From: a virus
Length of the DNA: 64,000 bases
Direction: 5' to 3' (one strand)
IMG/VR virus record: IMGVR_UViG_3300026097_001418
Span: 5,484-69,483 of that record
Below, one piece after another: positions 19,158 through 27,737 of this stretch. Made by a program: the position numbers and the translations under genes. Within the stretch, counting starts at the first letter, position 1, and the number at the start of each line of letters is the position of its first letter. The notes beneath the pieces were generated by a model, which worked only from the letters and a program-made list of their open reading frames with translations, had not been told where the DNA came from and searched no databases.

Positions 19158-20356
19158 ACTGGAATTGGCCTAGTAGTCATATCGACAAATTTTAATGGTA
19201 TTCCGTCTTTAGATTTAACTATAAAGTTATCGTTAATGTCGTCACAACTTTCTAAAACCTGACCTAGATGATATTGTTTAGTTCTTTTGTCAGTTAAACT
19301 GCTATTTGTAAACCAATATGCTGATTCTTGAAAAAAGAAACTAGACGGTTTGCCTGCTTGAAAAACATTAACATCCCAATTCGGGTAAATGATTTTCTTG
19401 AAAAAATTGTGATGTACTTTGAAAATTAAGTTATCTCCTTTTTTAAAATATAGATCATTTATTTCATTTAACGAAAAATTTTCAATCTCGTTAATGATAG
19501 GTTTGACTCTATTAACGATGCTGTGAGATTGCTTAATTAAAATAGAAGGCATATCTAGACTGTAGAAAAAATATTCAGTCGTTGGTTGATATCCTGCTAA
19601 CGAAACATCAGTATGATGTCCCCAGCATGTACTAACGTCATCGAAAAATATTCCAAATTTATTAGATTTTATATTGTAACCTACTCTGGGTTTGTCAATA
19701 CCAATAAGAAAGCAAACCTTTTTGTGCTTTTCCGATATTTCCCTTACCCGTTGGCCGATCAAATAATGTCCTGCTAGACTAGGTGCAGCACCAAATCCAG
19801 AAATAGGCAACATATGAAGATTGTTTGAATTAATCAGTTCAATTGCCGATTCGGTGTGATCAAGGACTGTAACCTTTGTCTTAGGAAATTTTTCATTAAT
19901 ATACTGTAATTTTGGTTTCACGGCCTCGGTATATTCAAACATTAGATTTTTCGGAGACCTATCTAACGGGTCAAATAAATGCTTTAATTTATCTATAGCT
20001 TTAATAGGGTAAGATGTTACAATCTCATCTAAATGTATGCCGTTATTTAAGAAAGAATCGATTACTGTAGAACTATCAGCACCGCCACTATAGGCTACTA
20101 TGATGTAGTCATACTGGTTCCTTAACTGTTCGGCTCTTTTTCTATATAATTCATCTAAACTTTCAAGTGGTTCTAAGTCCCAATTTAATGAATTATAAAA
20201 CTCATCAAAAAAATGAAAGGTTACGTCGTTGGTACGAACACTGGAAGCGTATGATAAACAATCTGCTTTACTAAAGAAAAATTTATCATGTACTTTCCAG
20301 TATCCGCTATTGATATCTAACGCAACTCTATCTGCAATTTGTTTATCAGATATCAT
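19148..20356 (-). CDS. PP-loop ATPase, paralog 3
   Basis: AYSGGADS, GIDKP, KQSH. Confidence 0.75.
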   Translation of the reverse strand: MISDKQIADRVALDINSGYWKVHDKFFFSKADCLSYASSVRTNDVTFHFFDEFYNSLNWDLEPLESLDELYRKRAEQLRNQYDYIIVAYSGGADSSTVIDSFLNNGIHLDEIVTSYPIKAIDKLKHLFDPLDRSPKNLMFEYTEAVKPKLQYINEKFPKTKVTVLDHTESAIELINSNNLHMLPISGFGAAPSLAGHYLIGQRVREISEKHKKVCFLIGIDKPRVGYNIKSNKFGIFFDDVSTCWGHHTDVSLAGYQPTTEYFFYSLDMPSILIKQSHSIVNRVKPIINEIENFSLNEINDLYFKKGDNLIFKVHHNFFKKIIYPNWDVNVFQAGKPSSFFFQESAYWFTNSSLTDKRTKQYHLGQVLESCDDINDNFIVKSKDGIPLKFVDMTTRPIPVCS

Positions 20357-20364
20357 AATATGTA

Positions 20365-21198
20365 TTATAGACCGTATTTTTTGAGACTATCGACATATTT
20401 CTCTAATGCTTGATTTTTTTCTTCTCCGGTAACGTCAATAGGATCAACTCCTTTCTCAACTAGGGTATCGACCCAGGCCGACTGTGCAACGGATTTATCT
20501 ACACATTCTTTAATAAATGCCCGTTGTTCGGCCGAAGCATCTTTATGTATAAACAGGCCATTGAAACCTTGGCTTTCAATAACTAGGTCGTTAACCTTTG
20601 TTGGCTCACCAAACTTAAATTCTGCTAGATTATTAAATGAATCAAAATCTTTCAGAAACTTTAGACCTGCGGGCTTACTGACAAGATAAACATCCAAATC
20701 GCCATTTGAAATCATCGGCAGTGCTTTCTTATCTCCGCCGGTTGAAACAATTTCGATATTTGGATTTTTCTCTTTTAATTGTAATGCAATCATGTGATGT
20801 GCAGTACCGAAGCTAGGAACTCCTATGTTTAACGGTGTTGATTCAAAGTCTTCTAATGTTAAATCTTTATTAGTGATTGTTAAGATCGGTGCACCGATTA
20901 AAATTCGATACAGCTCAACAGGTGGATTCTTATCTGGGTTATTTTCTCCAAACATAACCGGAGATCCAAAATATACATAACTGTTGTTTTTTCCTAAAAA
21001 TGTAATTGCTTTTGCAGCAAAGGAACCGATTTGGTACTCGACATTCCATTCCGGATTGGTTTTTTGTAATAACCTAGCATAGCTATCACTTGTACCGCCC
21101 GGTGGAAAATTAATAACAACACCGCATGTTGTCTGTTCTGCTGCCGCAGATGATGCAATTCCAACAGATAATAATAATGCTGGTAGTATTTTTTTCAT
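20365..21198 (-). CDS. divergent TctC/Bug periplasmic substrate-binding protein
   Basis: Signal peptide; FPPGGTSD motif; G..HM. Confidence 0.7.
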   Translation of the reverse strand: MKKILPALLLSVGIASSAAAEQTTCGVVINFPPGGTSDSYARLLQKTNPEWNVEYQIGSFAAKAITFLGKNNSYVYFGSPVMFGENNPDKNPPVELYRILIGAPILTITNKDLTLEDFESTPLNIGVPSFGTAHHMIALQLKEKNPNIEIVSTGGDKKALPMISNGDLDVYLVSKPAGLKFLKDFDSFNNLAEFKFGEPTKVNDLVIESQGFNGLFIHKDASAEQRAFIKECVDKSVAQSAWVDTLVEKGVDPIDVTGEEKNQALEKYVDSLKKYGL

Positions 21199-21263
21199 AT
21201 TTTTTCCTGTGTTTATATTTAAAGTAGAAATATTTATGATAATATCATCGAAACAAAAAATTT

Positions 21264-21449
21264 TTAAATCTCTTTTATTCCAGAGTCTTTGACTTTAATC
21301 AAAATATCTTTACGAATAAGAAGCTGTCTTGTTGTGCTTGGCTTACGAACTTTAAGATATTCTATTCCGTCGATTAATTCGACATCACGGATATTGTCAC
21401 ATTCAAATCGTTCACGATTGAGTTTGCTTTCAAAAGTCATCGACTTCAT
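21264..21449 (-). CDS. hypothetical protein
   Basis: AAGGAG SD and sigma70 promoter upstream. Confidence 0.65.
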   Translation of the reverse strand: MKSMTFESKLNRERFECDNIRDVELIDGIEYLKVRKPSTTRQLLIRKDILIKVKDSGIKEI

Positions 21450-21469
21450 AATATTCTCCTTATATAACA

Positions 21470-21498
21470 ATTATAACAAAAATTTTAAATATTGTCAA
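21470..21498 (-). promoter_or_regulatory. consensus sigma70 promoter
   Basis: TTGACA-17 nt-TATAAT. Confidence 0.75.
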
Positions 21499-21518
21499 TT
21501 GTGTTTTATAAATATCTG

Positions 21519-21950
21519 ATGATAGCATTTTCATATGCAGATTTTCCAAAATTGCCCGACGCTCTAATACAAGATGTATATCTTTCTGTTGATGACAATA
21601 TACCCCTTGTTGAACTACCTTTTGAAAAATACAAATTGCTCGATTGTCGGCCGTCAATAAAAAAATTTGTATCGTCTTTTTTTGACGAACCGTTTCACTG
21701 TGGTGTGCAAACTATTTTAGATAGTCAAGGAGTGCATAAAGACTATAAAAGAACTGTTGTCTATAATTATATTATTGAACCAGGCGGAGATCATGTAACG
21801 ACTAACTTTTATGTAGATTTAAAAAAATCTAAAAAAATAGAAAGTATATGCATTGATACATTTTGCTGGCACAGATTAAGAGTTTTTCTTCCTCACGAAG
21901 TTACCGGTATAACAGGAAAAAGAATAGCAATTACTATTTGGAAAAAATAA
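21519..21950 (+). CDS. cupin / dioxygenase-like protein
   Basis: VHKD...YNYII...PHEV...RIAITI; TATAAATA 4 nt before the ATG. Confidence 0.6.
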   Translation: MIAFSYADFPKLPDALIQDVYLSVDDNIPLVELPFEKYKLLDCRPSIKKFVSSFFDEPFHCGVQTILDSQGVHKDYKRTVVYNYIIEPGGDHVTTNFYVDLKKSKKIESICIDTFCWHRLRVFLPHEVTGITGKRIAITIWKK

Positions 21951-21951
21951 T

Positions 21952-22356
21952 TTACTCTTTGTTTTCTTGCTGTGTAGCTTCTGGATGCTCTGGAGGAGAA
22001 TATAACACATATAATTTTAGTTGATCATTACCGACATTGATAATATTATGACGCATGCCTTGAGGTATGACTACTGCTGCGCCATCTCCTGCCGTTTTAC
22101 TGTCACCGTCTAGCACAAATTCAGCACGTCCTGATTCAATACGAATAAATTGATCACCGGTTTCGTGAACTTCTTCTCCGATATCTTCACCTGGTTTCAG
22201 ACTCATCAACACTAATTGTAAGTGGGGTCCGGTGTAGATTACATTTCTGTACAGAGAATTTTTCACAGTGGCTTCTTCAATGTCAATCACAAAAGTAGGT
22301 TTCGATTGTGATTCAGACAATGCAGCCAATTGTCGGATTCTTTTTAAGTCGTCCAT
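21952..22356 (-). CDS. cupin_2 protein (mannose-6-phosphate-isomerase-like)
   Basis: GEDIGEEVH...DQF.RIESG...G.RHNIIN...LY.PPEH. Confidence 0.85.
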   Translation of the reverse strand: MDDLKRIRQLAALSESQSKPTFVIDIEEATVKNSLYRNVIYTGPHLQLVLMSLKPGEDIGEEVHETGDQFIRIESGRAEFVLDGDSKTAGDGAAVVIPQGMRHNIINVGNDQLKLYVLYSPPEHPEATQQENKE

Positions 22357-22360
22357 GCTG

Positions 22361-22906
22361 TTATTTATATCCTATAATCATGTAACGTGTAAAGGACCAA
22401 TCGGGATAGTTAAAGTTCATTTCTCCAGTGTAAATTGATTCTGATAAAGGATATGTATCGATGAACTTTTGTAAAGAATCACTATGAATAACATGATCAT
22501 CGTGCGGCATGTCGTTGCCTTGGACGATAATCCGCTTTCCTTTGGGAATGTTATCAAACCACATCATACTATCAAAATGTTCACTACTGGTGTTGATTAT
22601 GAGATCTGGTTGCGTTTTATCAATAAGGTCACAATCAGCAGTATGAGCTTTAAATTGCCATTCTTTGAAAACCCAATTATTATTAATCATATCTGCGACA
22701 GATTCACAAGTAGGGTCAACATCAAAACTTTCAATTTTTTCTACAGAAAATTGTTCTCTACTTAATAATAAAAATGCCAGCAGTCCGTGCCAACCGCCGT
22801 ATACATGTGTTAACTTTGATTTCCACTTTAATTTTTCTAATTCTCGACAGAGCCAAAGTTTACTATCAATTTGTCCATTTGAAAAAGCATCTTTATCAAT
22901 CATCAA
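22361..22906 (-). CDS. SAM-dependent methyltransferase-like protein
   Basis: YGGWHG motif I, SFDVDP, INTSSEH. Confidence 0.65.
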   Translation of the reverse strand: MMIDKDAFSNGQIDSKLWLCRELEKLKWKSKLTHVYGGWHGLLAFLLLSREQFSVEKIESFDVDPTCESVADMINNNWVFKEWQFKAHTADCDLIDKTQPDLIINTSSEHFDSMMWFDNIPKGKRIIVQGNDMPHDDHVIHSDSLQKFIDTYPLSESIYTGEMNFNYPDWSFTRYMIIGYK

Positions 22907-22932
22907 TTATTTAACATTAATAAATATTACAA

Positions 22933-23505
22933 ATGGAACAAATGATTTACTCTTTAAATCTGCCTCAACTTTCTGAATGCATACTCGAAGGTGTTGATGA
23001 AAAATATTTCAAAAGAAATAATGTAACTCATTACGCAGGTGTTAATCCAAAAAAAATCTTCAAACCTGAATATCAATCAATAAAACAAATAAACTGGGAC
23101 ACAGTTCTCATATTTTATAGAAAATCTGGCGACTCGAGTCCTACCCATACAGATTTAATGGACATGACTAATACCACATGGGCAATTAATTGGATCTATA
23201 AAGGCGTAGGATTAATGGAGTTCTGGGAACTAGAAGATTTTGAAAAAGAAAACGTGCAATTTTATCAAGATAGTCAAGGTTATTCTACTTACAGGTGTAC
23301 ACCAACTAAACTGCCCAGACTTAAATATTTTCTTACTCCCGGAGCGTACCTTGTCAATACTACCAAGGTTCATAGAGCAACTAGTTTTCAAGATAGATAC
23401 TGTGTTTCTCTTAGATCGAACATCATTCATTTGAACTGGAATGATGTTGTCGATTTATTCAAAGACATGATCAGCAGCGATGATCCGAAACAAATTATCA
23501 AATAA
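22933..23505 (+). CDS. cupin / dioxygenase-like protein
   Basis: THTD...AINW...VHRA...RYCVSLR; paralog of 5313..5912. Confidence 0.6.
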   Translation: MEQMIYSLNLPQLSECILEGVDEKYFKRNNVTHYAGVNPKKIFKPEYQSIKQINWDTVLIFYRKSGDSSPTHTDLMDMTNTTWAINWIYKGVGLMEFWELEDFEKENVQFYQDSQGYSTYRCTPTKLPRLKYFLTPGAYLVNTTKVHRATSFQDRYCVSLRSNIIHLNWNDVVDLFKDMISSDDPKQIIK

Positions 23506-23974
23506 TATTATCAAATTCAATCATGGTTACGTTGGGATTATTCAACCAAAACTCTACTGACTTAATTACCTCTGCATAAGAAATATGTCTTCTAGTTTGA
23601 TAGTTTTCGAGATATCCCATTTTTAACAGTAATAACGGATGTGTTCTTTTTTTAGAAAGTTTTTTATGAATAATCTCAATTATTTTTTTATCTTGATAAT
23701 ATTTGTTTTTTAAATGTAAATAATCTGCTCCCATAGATCCAGAAGTTACAATAGGAATCTTATCGTACAATTTCATCAGTAATTTTCCTTGGGCGGTATC
23801 ACAGTGTGCATTGTTAAAAAACAAGTCACACTCAGTAATAGCATCAACGATTCGATCTGTAGAAATATCGTAGCCGGTTGATCTCGACAGACCTATGACT
23901 TCGTGGTCTTTAGAAAAATAATCGAAGATTGCCTGACCTAAGCCAGATGTATGACCTGTTATTGCTATCTTCAT
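23498..23974 (-). CDS. short SDR-like NAD(P)-binding protein
   Basis: MKIAITGHTSGLG, FNNA and Y...K motifs; start trimmed to ATG 23974. Confidence 0.75.
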   Translation of the reverse strand: MKIAITGHTSGLGQAIFDYFSKDHEVIGLSRSTGYDISTDRIVDAITECDLFFNNAHCDTAQGKLLMKLYDKIPIVTSGSMGADYLHLKNKYYQDKKIIEIIHKKLSKKRTHPLLLLKMGYLENYQTRRHISYAEVIKSVEFWLNNPNVTMIEFDNII

Positions 23975-23995
23975 ACATTTACTTATAAAAATAAT

Positions 23996-24086
23996 TGGCG
24001 GGTAGGGGGAGAGTCGAACTCCCAAGGCGCTATTAACGCTCGGCTGTTTTCAAGACAGATTCAGTCGCCAATCTGATTGCCCACCC
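23996..24086 (-). tRNA. tRNA-Ser(TGA)
   Basis: Loop CT-TGA-AA, long variable arm, GCCA. Confidence 0.88.
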
Positions 24087-24093
24087 TAGAAAT

Positions 24094-24195
24094 CGTGCTG
24101 ATTATTCGTGTGTCAGGAAACCAGCAAACCTCGTGTACACAGCCCATCCTGTTTTCGTGTACAGCGGATGCGGAATATGGTTACAGGTCCGCATG
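24094..24195 (-). ncRNA. putative three-hairpin ncRNA
   Basis: ATGCGGA/TCCGCAT, TGTACAC/GTGTACA and TGCTGGTT/AATCAGCA hairpins; loop ACAGG complementary to CCTGT. Confidence 0.45.
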
Positions 24196-24197
24196 TT

Positions 24198-24273
24198 TGG
24201 TAGCAGTGGCGAGACTCGAACTCGCGATCTTCACCGTATGAAGGTGTTGCACTTGCCGCTATGCTACACTGCT
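24198..24273 (-). tRNA. tRNA(CAT), probably Ile2 (lysidine type) or elongator Met
   Basis: Loop TT-CAT-AC, cloverleaf, ACCA. Confidence 0.8.
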
Positions 24274-24278
24274 ATTTA

Positions 24279-24355
24279 TGGTGCGGGCAGGGCGATTCGA
24301 ACGCCCGACCAATGGTTTAAAAGACCACTGCTCTGACCAACTGAGCTATGCCCGC
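24279..24355 (-). tRNA. tRNA-Lys(TTT)
   Basis: Loop CT-TTT-AA, canonical. Confidence 0.93.
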
Positions 24356-24361
24356 ATTGTT

Positions 24362-24436
24362 TGGAGTGGACGACAGGATTCGAACCTGCATGATACGGAC
24401 TTGCAAACCGTTGCGTAGCCATTCCGCCACGTCCAC
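24362..24436 (-). tRNA. tRNA-Cys(GCA)
   Basis: Loop TT-GCA-AG, U73 discriminator. Confidence 0.85.
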
Positions 24437-24441
24437 ATTAT

Positions 24442-24516
24442 TGGGGTGCCTTACCGGGTTCGAACCGGTGATACCTTCGTCACAGGAAGGGGTGTTGCCG
24501 CTACACCAAAGACACC
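24442..24516 (-). tRNA. tRNA-His(GTG)
   Basis: Loop CT-GTG-AC, G-1:C73 pair. Confidence 0.9.
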
Positions 24517-24521
24517 ATTGT

Positions 24522-24597
24522 TGGCAGGGGTATCAAGATTCGAACTTGAACTAACAGAGTCAAAGTCTGCTGTGCTGCCGGATTACACTATACCCCA
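24522..24597 (-). tRNA. tRNA-Gln(TTG)
   Basis: Loop CT-TTG-AC, GCCA. Confidence 0.9.
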
Positions 24598-24605
24598 ATT
24601 GATAT

Positions 24606-24680
24606 TGGCGCCCGATAGGAGAATTGAACTCCTGTTTCCGGATCGACAGTCCAGTGTGATGACCACTACACTAATCGGGC
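24606..24680 (-). tRNA. tRNA-Asp(GTC)
   Basis: Loop CT-GTC-GA, GCCA. Confidence 0.9.
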
Positions 24681-24684
24681 ATGA

Positions 24685-24771
24685 TGGTGAGTGCTGATGG
24701 TAACGCTCCACGTGCCTTGACTTCCACACCTTCAGGAACGGTTTTACAGACCGCTGTGTGGGGCAGCACCC
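24685..24771 (-). tRNA. D-armless tRNA-Tyr(GTA)-like RNA
   Basis: Acceptor GGGTGCTG/CAGCACTC-ACCA; anticodon arm GCGGT CT-GTA-AA ACCGT; no D hairpin; T-loop AGCGTTA. Confidence 0.55.
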
Positions 24772-24831
24772 ATAATTTCAAACACTCTCCCCTATGGTTT
24801 TAGACACCGGTCGAAGGTGAATAGAGAGTGT

Positions 24832-24901
24832 GTAGTAAAGCATACTGACGCATTCCTTTGTGGGGTATGGAGACTCTGCTCGTGTCAATATGCTTTACTA
24901 C
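24832..24901 (-). ncRNA. long-stem spacer RNA (AAAGCRYAT family)
   Basis: GTAGTAAAGCATATTGAC...GTCAGTATGCTTTACTAC, an 18-bp stem with one G-U pair. Confidence 0.5.
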
Positions 24902-25022
24902 GCTTGGGTTTTACGCATTTCCGTTATCGCCGGAAACTTATCATCACCAAGGCCGCCCACATTATAGTCCATGTTTAGAGTGCGGACAGGCTCGCGTTGC
25001 CTCTACACTTACTGCCGAAAAC

Positions 25023-25056
25023 AAAAAACCCCAGGTCTTTCGATCCTGGGGTCCTT
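25023..25056 (-). terminator. attenuator terminator upstream of the tRNA array
   Basis: CCCCAGG-ATCGAAAGA-CCTGGGG hairpin followed by T6. Confidence 0.85.
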
Positions 25057-25080
25057 TTGAATTACTGTGTATCTATACTG

Positions 25081-25218
25081 CTATACACTGTCCTCCAAGG
25101 ACCCCACGAAGCCTGATTTACGATCAATACTGTTCTTAATCATACACCATGAGGTGGGCAAGGAACCCGCCTGTTTGGCTGTATAATATGAACATTGATG
25201 TACTGTTGTTACTGGCAT
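25081..25218 (-). CDS. 45-aa leader peptide MPVTTVHQCSYYTAKQAGSLPTSWCMIKNSIDRKSGFVGSLEDSV
   Basis: AGGA SD 6 nt before the ATG; open 46 codons to TAG; contains the antiterminator strand at 25097-25106. Confidence 0.7.
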   Translation of the reverse strand: MPVTTVHQCSYYTAKQAGSLPTSWCMIKNSIDRKSGFVGSLEDSV

Positions 25219-25238
25219 TTGTTTTCCTATAAAACTAA

Positions 25239-25267
25239 ATTATATGTTTATTTATATATCTTGTCAA
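25239..25267 (-). promoter_or_regulatory. sigma70 promoter with nested T4-late-type box
   Basis: TTGACA(25267-25262)-17 nt-TATAAT(25244-25239); TATAAATA at 25256-25249. Confidence 0.85.
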
Positions 25268-25270
25268 TCA

Positions 25271-26176
25271 CTATTGTTGTTTTTGGACAACATTTTCTAA
25301 ATTTTTAAAAGTATCGGCTTGGTTTTTAAGTTCAAGAAATTGTTCGTTGGAATTTTCAGCTATTCCTAGACCAGTATGAACAGCACCTGAGGCGGATAGA
25401 TAATTGAGAAAATTTTCAGAAGAAAATACCGAACGAAAGCTCTGCCTCACAGAATCAGATACAGTATTTTCTTTAGTCCAAAGAATATTCATAAAAGAGA
25501 ATTGCATTAGATCGTTATCAAGATCAGTCAAATAACCAATAAAGGGGAAATCATAAGGATTATTTTTTAACGTTGATCCAAAACATTTTATATCAAGATC
25601 TTTTAATTTTCTCAGAGGGCTTCCTCCAAACCAAATATCAATATCTTTAGCCAATGCTGCTTTTACAATTTCGCCACCCCCTCGATATGGAACTAGAGTG
25701 ATTTTAGTTTTTGACGCTGTGTGGTTTAAGAAATAGTTAAGGTATATAATAATCTGTGAATCTGACACATATCCCATTCTTACGGGTTTATTAAAAAAGT
25801 CATCTTCAGAAACATCAACACTAGGGCTTGAACATATATAAGAAGGATTTTCATTCACACTAGAAAAAAGAACAATGCCATCAGTCTCGGCATTCATTCT
25901 ACACTGAGCGTCGTTGTCATGAGGTTCATAATTACTACTTAATAAATTTAAAAAAACATTTTCTTCATCTCGATTGAGCATAGCCAAAGCTTCTGAACAT
26001 GACTTTAAAAATTTTATCTCAACTTTATGACCTTTTTCCTCTAACAAAGGTTTAATTACCTGCAGCGTTTGATCTGTAGTTCCCCCCGGCGGAAAAGGAA
26101 CTAGGAAAGTAATTTTATCATTTGCAAACGTCTGAAAAGAAAACAATAAACAAAGTGTAAGTAGTATTTTATTCAT
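25271..26176 (-). CDS. TctC/Bug-like periplasmic binding protein, copy 2
   Basis: Signal peptide; VPFPPGGTTD; VPYRGGG. Confidence 0.8.
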   Translation of the reverse strand: MNKILLTLCLLFSFQTFANDKITFLVPFPPGGTTDQTLQVIKPLLEEKGHKVEIKFLKSCSEALAMLNRDEENVFLNLLSSNYEPHDNDAQCRMNAETDGIVLFSSVNENPSYICSSPSVDVSEDDFFNKPVRMGYVSDSQIIIYLNYFLNHTASKTKITLVPYRGGGEIVKAALAKDIDIWFGGSPLRKLKDLDIKCFGSTLKNNPYDFPFIGYLTDLDNDLMQFSFMNILWTKENTVSDSVRQSFRSVFSSENFLNYLSASGAVHTGLGIAENSNEQFLELKNQADTFKNLENVVQKQQ

Positions 26177-27507
26177 ATTAAAAAATTCCTGTAAAATTCA
26201 TCTAAAAATAAAGTCGAAATAAAGAATGCATATATAAATGCAAATTTTGATTCTGTGCTCTTAATTATCATACCAATAGTTAGCGAAACAATAAATGTGA
26301 TAACAAAAATTAAAATTCTTTCTTGGTCTAGAGCCTGAAAGAGCAGCATAGATATAGAAATAAAGATTATTAACGGATATAATATATTTTTAAAATTACG
26401 GTACAGATCTAACACAACGTTATAAAATATACCAGAAAGTATCCAATTTATAAAATTAACAATTAAGATTGTTGATACAATCCAACTGAGGTTGTTTAAT
26501 AGAAATTCTACATTTACGGTATTTCCGAAACCTTTTGATTGTGCAACACTTAAGAAAACTGCTTCGCTTACAACAATAGGAAGGGCCAGTAGTAATAAAG
26601 GAATTAAGACACTAACAGAACCGCTGTTATTCGCCGCTTCTGCTGATACTAATCTTTTGAACAAGGATGTATTTGTATCTGTTTTAGAAAAAAACTTTTT
26701 CTCAATAGAATCTGCAATATTACTACTGATGGTATAACTACTACCAGGTATAAGTCCAGTGATGAATCCCACAACAGAACCTCGAGCAATGCTAGGAAAA
26801 TACTTTATATTGTATATCGATTTTAATCTAGATGCCAAAGAAACCTTTGATGATAATGATGTTGCTGCTTTAGATGACCAGTTTTCTAAAATTAAAGGAA
26901 TAATCAATAATCCGCAAATTATCGGAAATATTGGTATTCCGCCGTCTAGCGAATCTATTCCAAAAGTTAAAAATCTAACGTTATGTAAATCATTATAACC
27001 TACTTGACTTACAACTAACCCCATTGCTAAAAATATTAAAGAAAATATTTTATTCTTGCTCGAAAAGATAATTATAACAGACGAAAAAAACAGTAGATAT
27101 ATTAACAATTCTCCGTTAAAAACAATCGAAATATTTTCGGATATAGAAACTGAAATAATTATCAAGCAAATTAACGAAAAAATTGAAGCTATAAAGGAAG
27201 CAGTTGCAGTAGCCTGTAGAGCCTGATTGCCTAGACCTAAATGAAACAGCCTATTACCTGTTTTTACTGCTGGTAAACTAGATATCTCTCCTACTAGACC
27301 AAATGTAATTGCACTGACACTGCCATAGTATTGAGTGCTATTGATCAATGCTAGGTAGAAAACAAAGAGAGATTCTAAACTCAGGTGATACAAAAAAGGA
27401 TATATGATCAGCATTAGAGATGCTGCACCTAAACCCGGCAATAATCCTATGACTATCCCTAGCAATATACCCAAACTTCCGGAAATAACTAAACTGACTA
27501 TTTCCAT
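26173..27507 (-). CDS. divergent TctA permease, copy 2
   Basis: GLLPGLG, QYYGS, GLIPG, AEAANNS. Confidence 0.8.
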   Translation of the reverse strand: MEIVSLVISGSLGILLGIVIGLLPGLGAASLMLIIYPFLYHLSLESLFVFYLALINSTQYYGSVSAITFGLVGEISSLPAVKTGNRLFHLGLGNQALQATATASFIASIFSLICLIIISVSISENISIVFNGELLIYLLFFSSVIIIFSSKNKIFSLIFLAMGLVVSQVGYNDLHNVRFLTFGIDSLDGGIPIFPIICGLLIIPLILENWSSKAATSLSSKVSLASRLKSIYNIKYFPSIARGSVVGFITGLIPGSSYTISSNIADSIEKKFFSKTDTNTSLFKRLVSAEAANNSGSVSVLIPLLLLALPIVVSEAVFLSVAQSKGFGNTVNVEFLLNNLSWIVSTILIVNFINWILSGIFYNVVLDLYRNFKNILYPLIIFISISMLLFQALDQERILIFVITFIVSLTIGMIIKSTESKFAFIYAFFISTLFLDEFYRNFLI

Positions 27508-27737
27508 TAAATCTCTGAAGTAATTAGTAAATGTTTACCAATCTCAAATAAACCTACGCCACCGGGAACATCCATCACGCAGGCGTGTATCTGAGTTTCA
27601 CCGTCAGGACTTACAGATGCCGCTACAAACTCCATAATTTCGTCGTTCTCAATTGCAGTCTTGATATAGTCAATTACTTCTAACAATTCTTCTTTGTGTT
27701 TGTGTGATTGCCTTTCGTTGATGCTGACTACTTTCAT
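27507..27737 (-). CDS. hypothetical protein
   Basis: 76-aa ORF in a coupled operon. Confidence 0.6.
   Translation of the reverse strand: MKVVSINERQSHKHKEELLEVIDYIKTAIENDEIMEFVAASVSPDGETQIHACVMDVPGGVGLFEIGKHLLITSEI

Noticed and set aside
24902..24955. Hammerhead ribozyme (TGATGA ... TAAAA)
   Set aside because: The core CUGANGA and GAAA consensus is not met.
24133..25139. ORF-track entries overlapping tRNA clusters (also 9116-9987, 12049-12535, 14147-14613)
   Set aside because: They overlap clear tRNA or structured-RNA sequence and arise by chance in GC-richer DNA.
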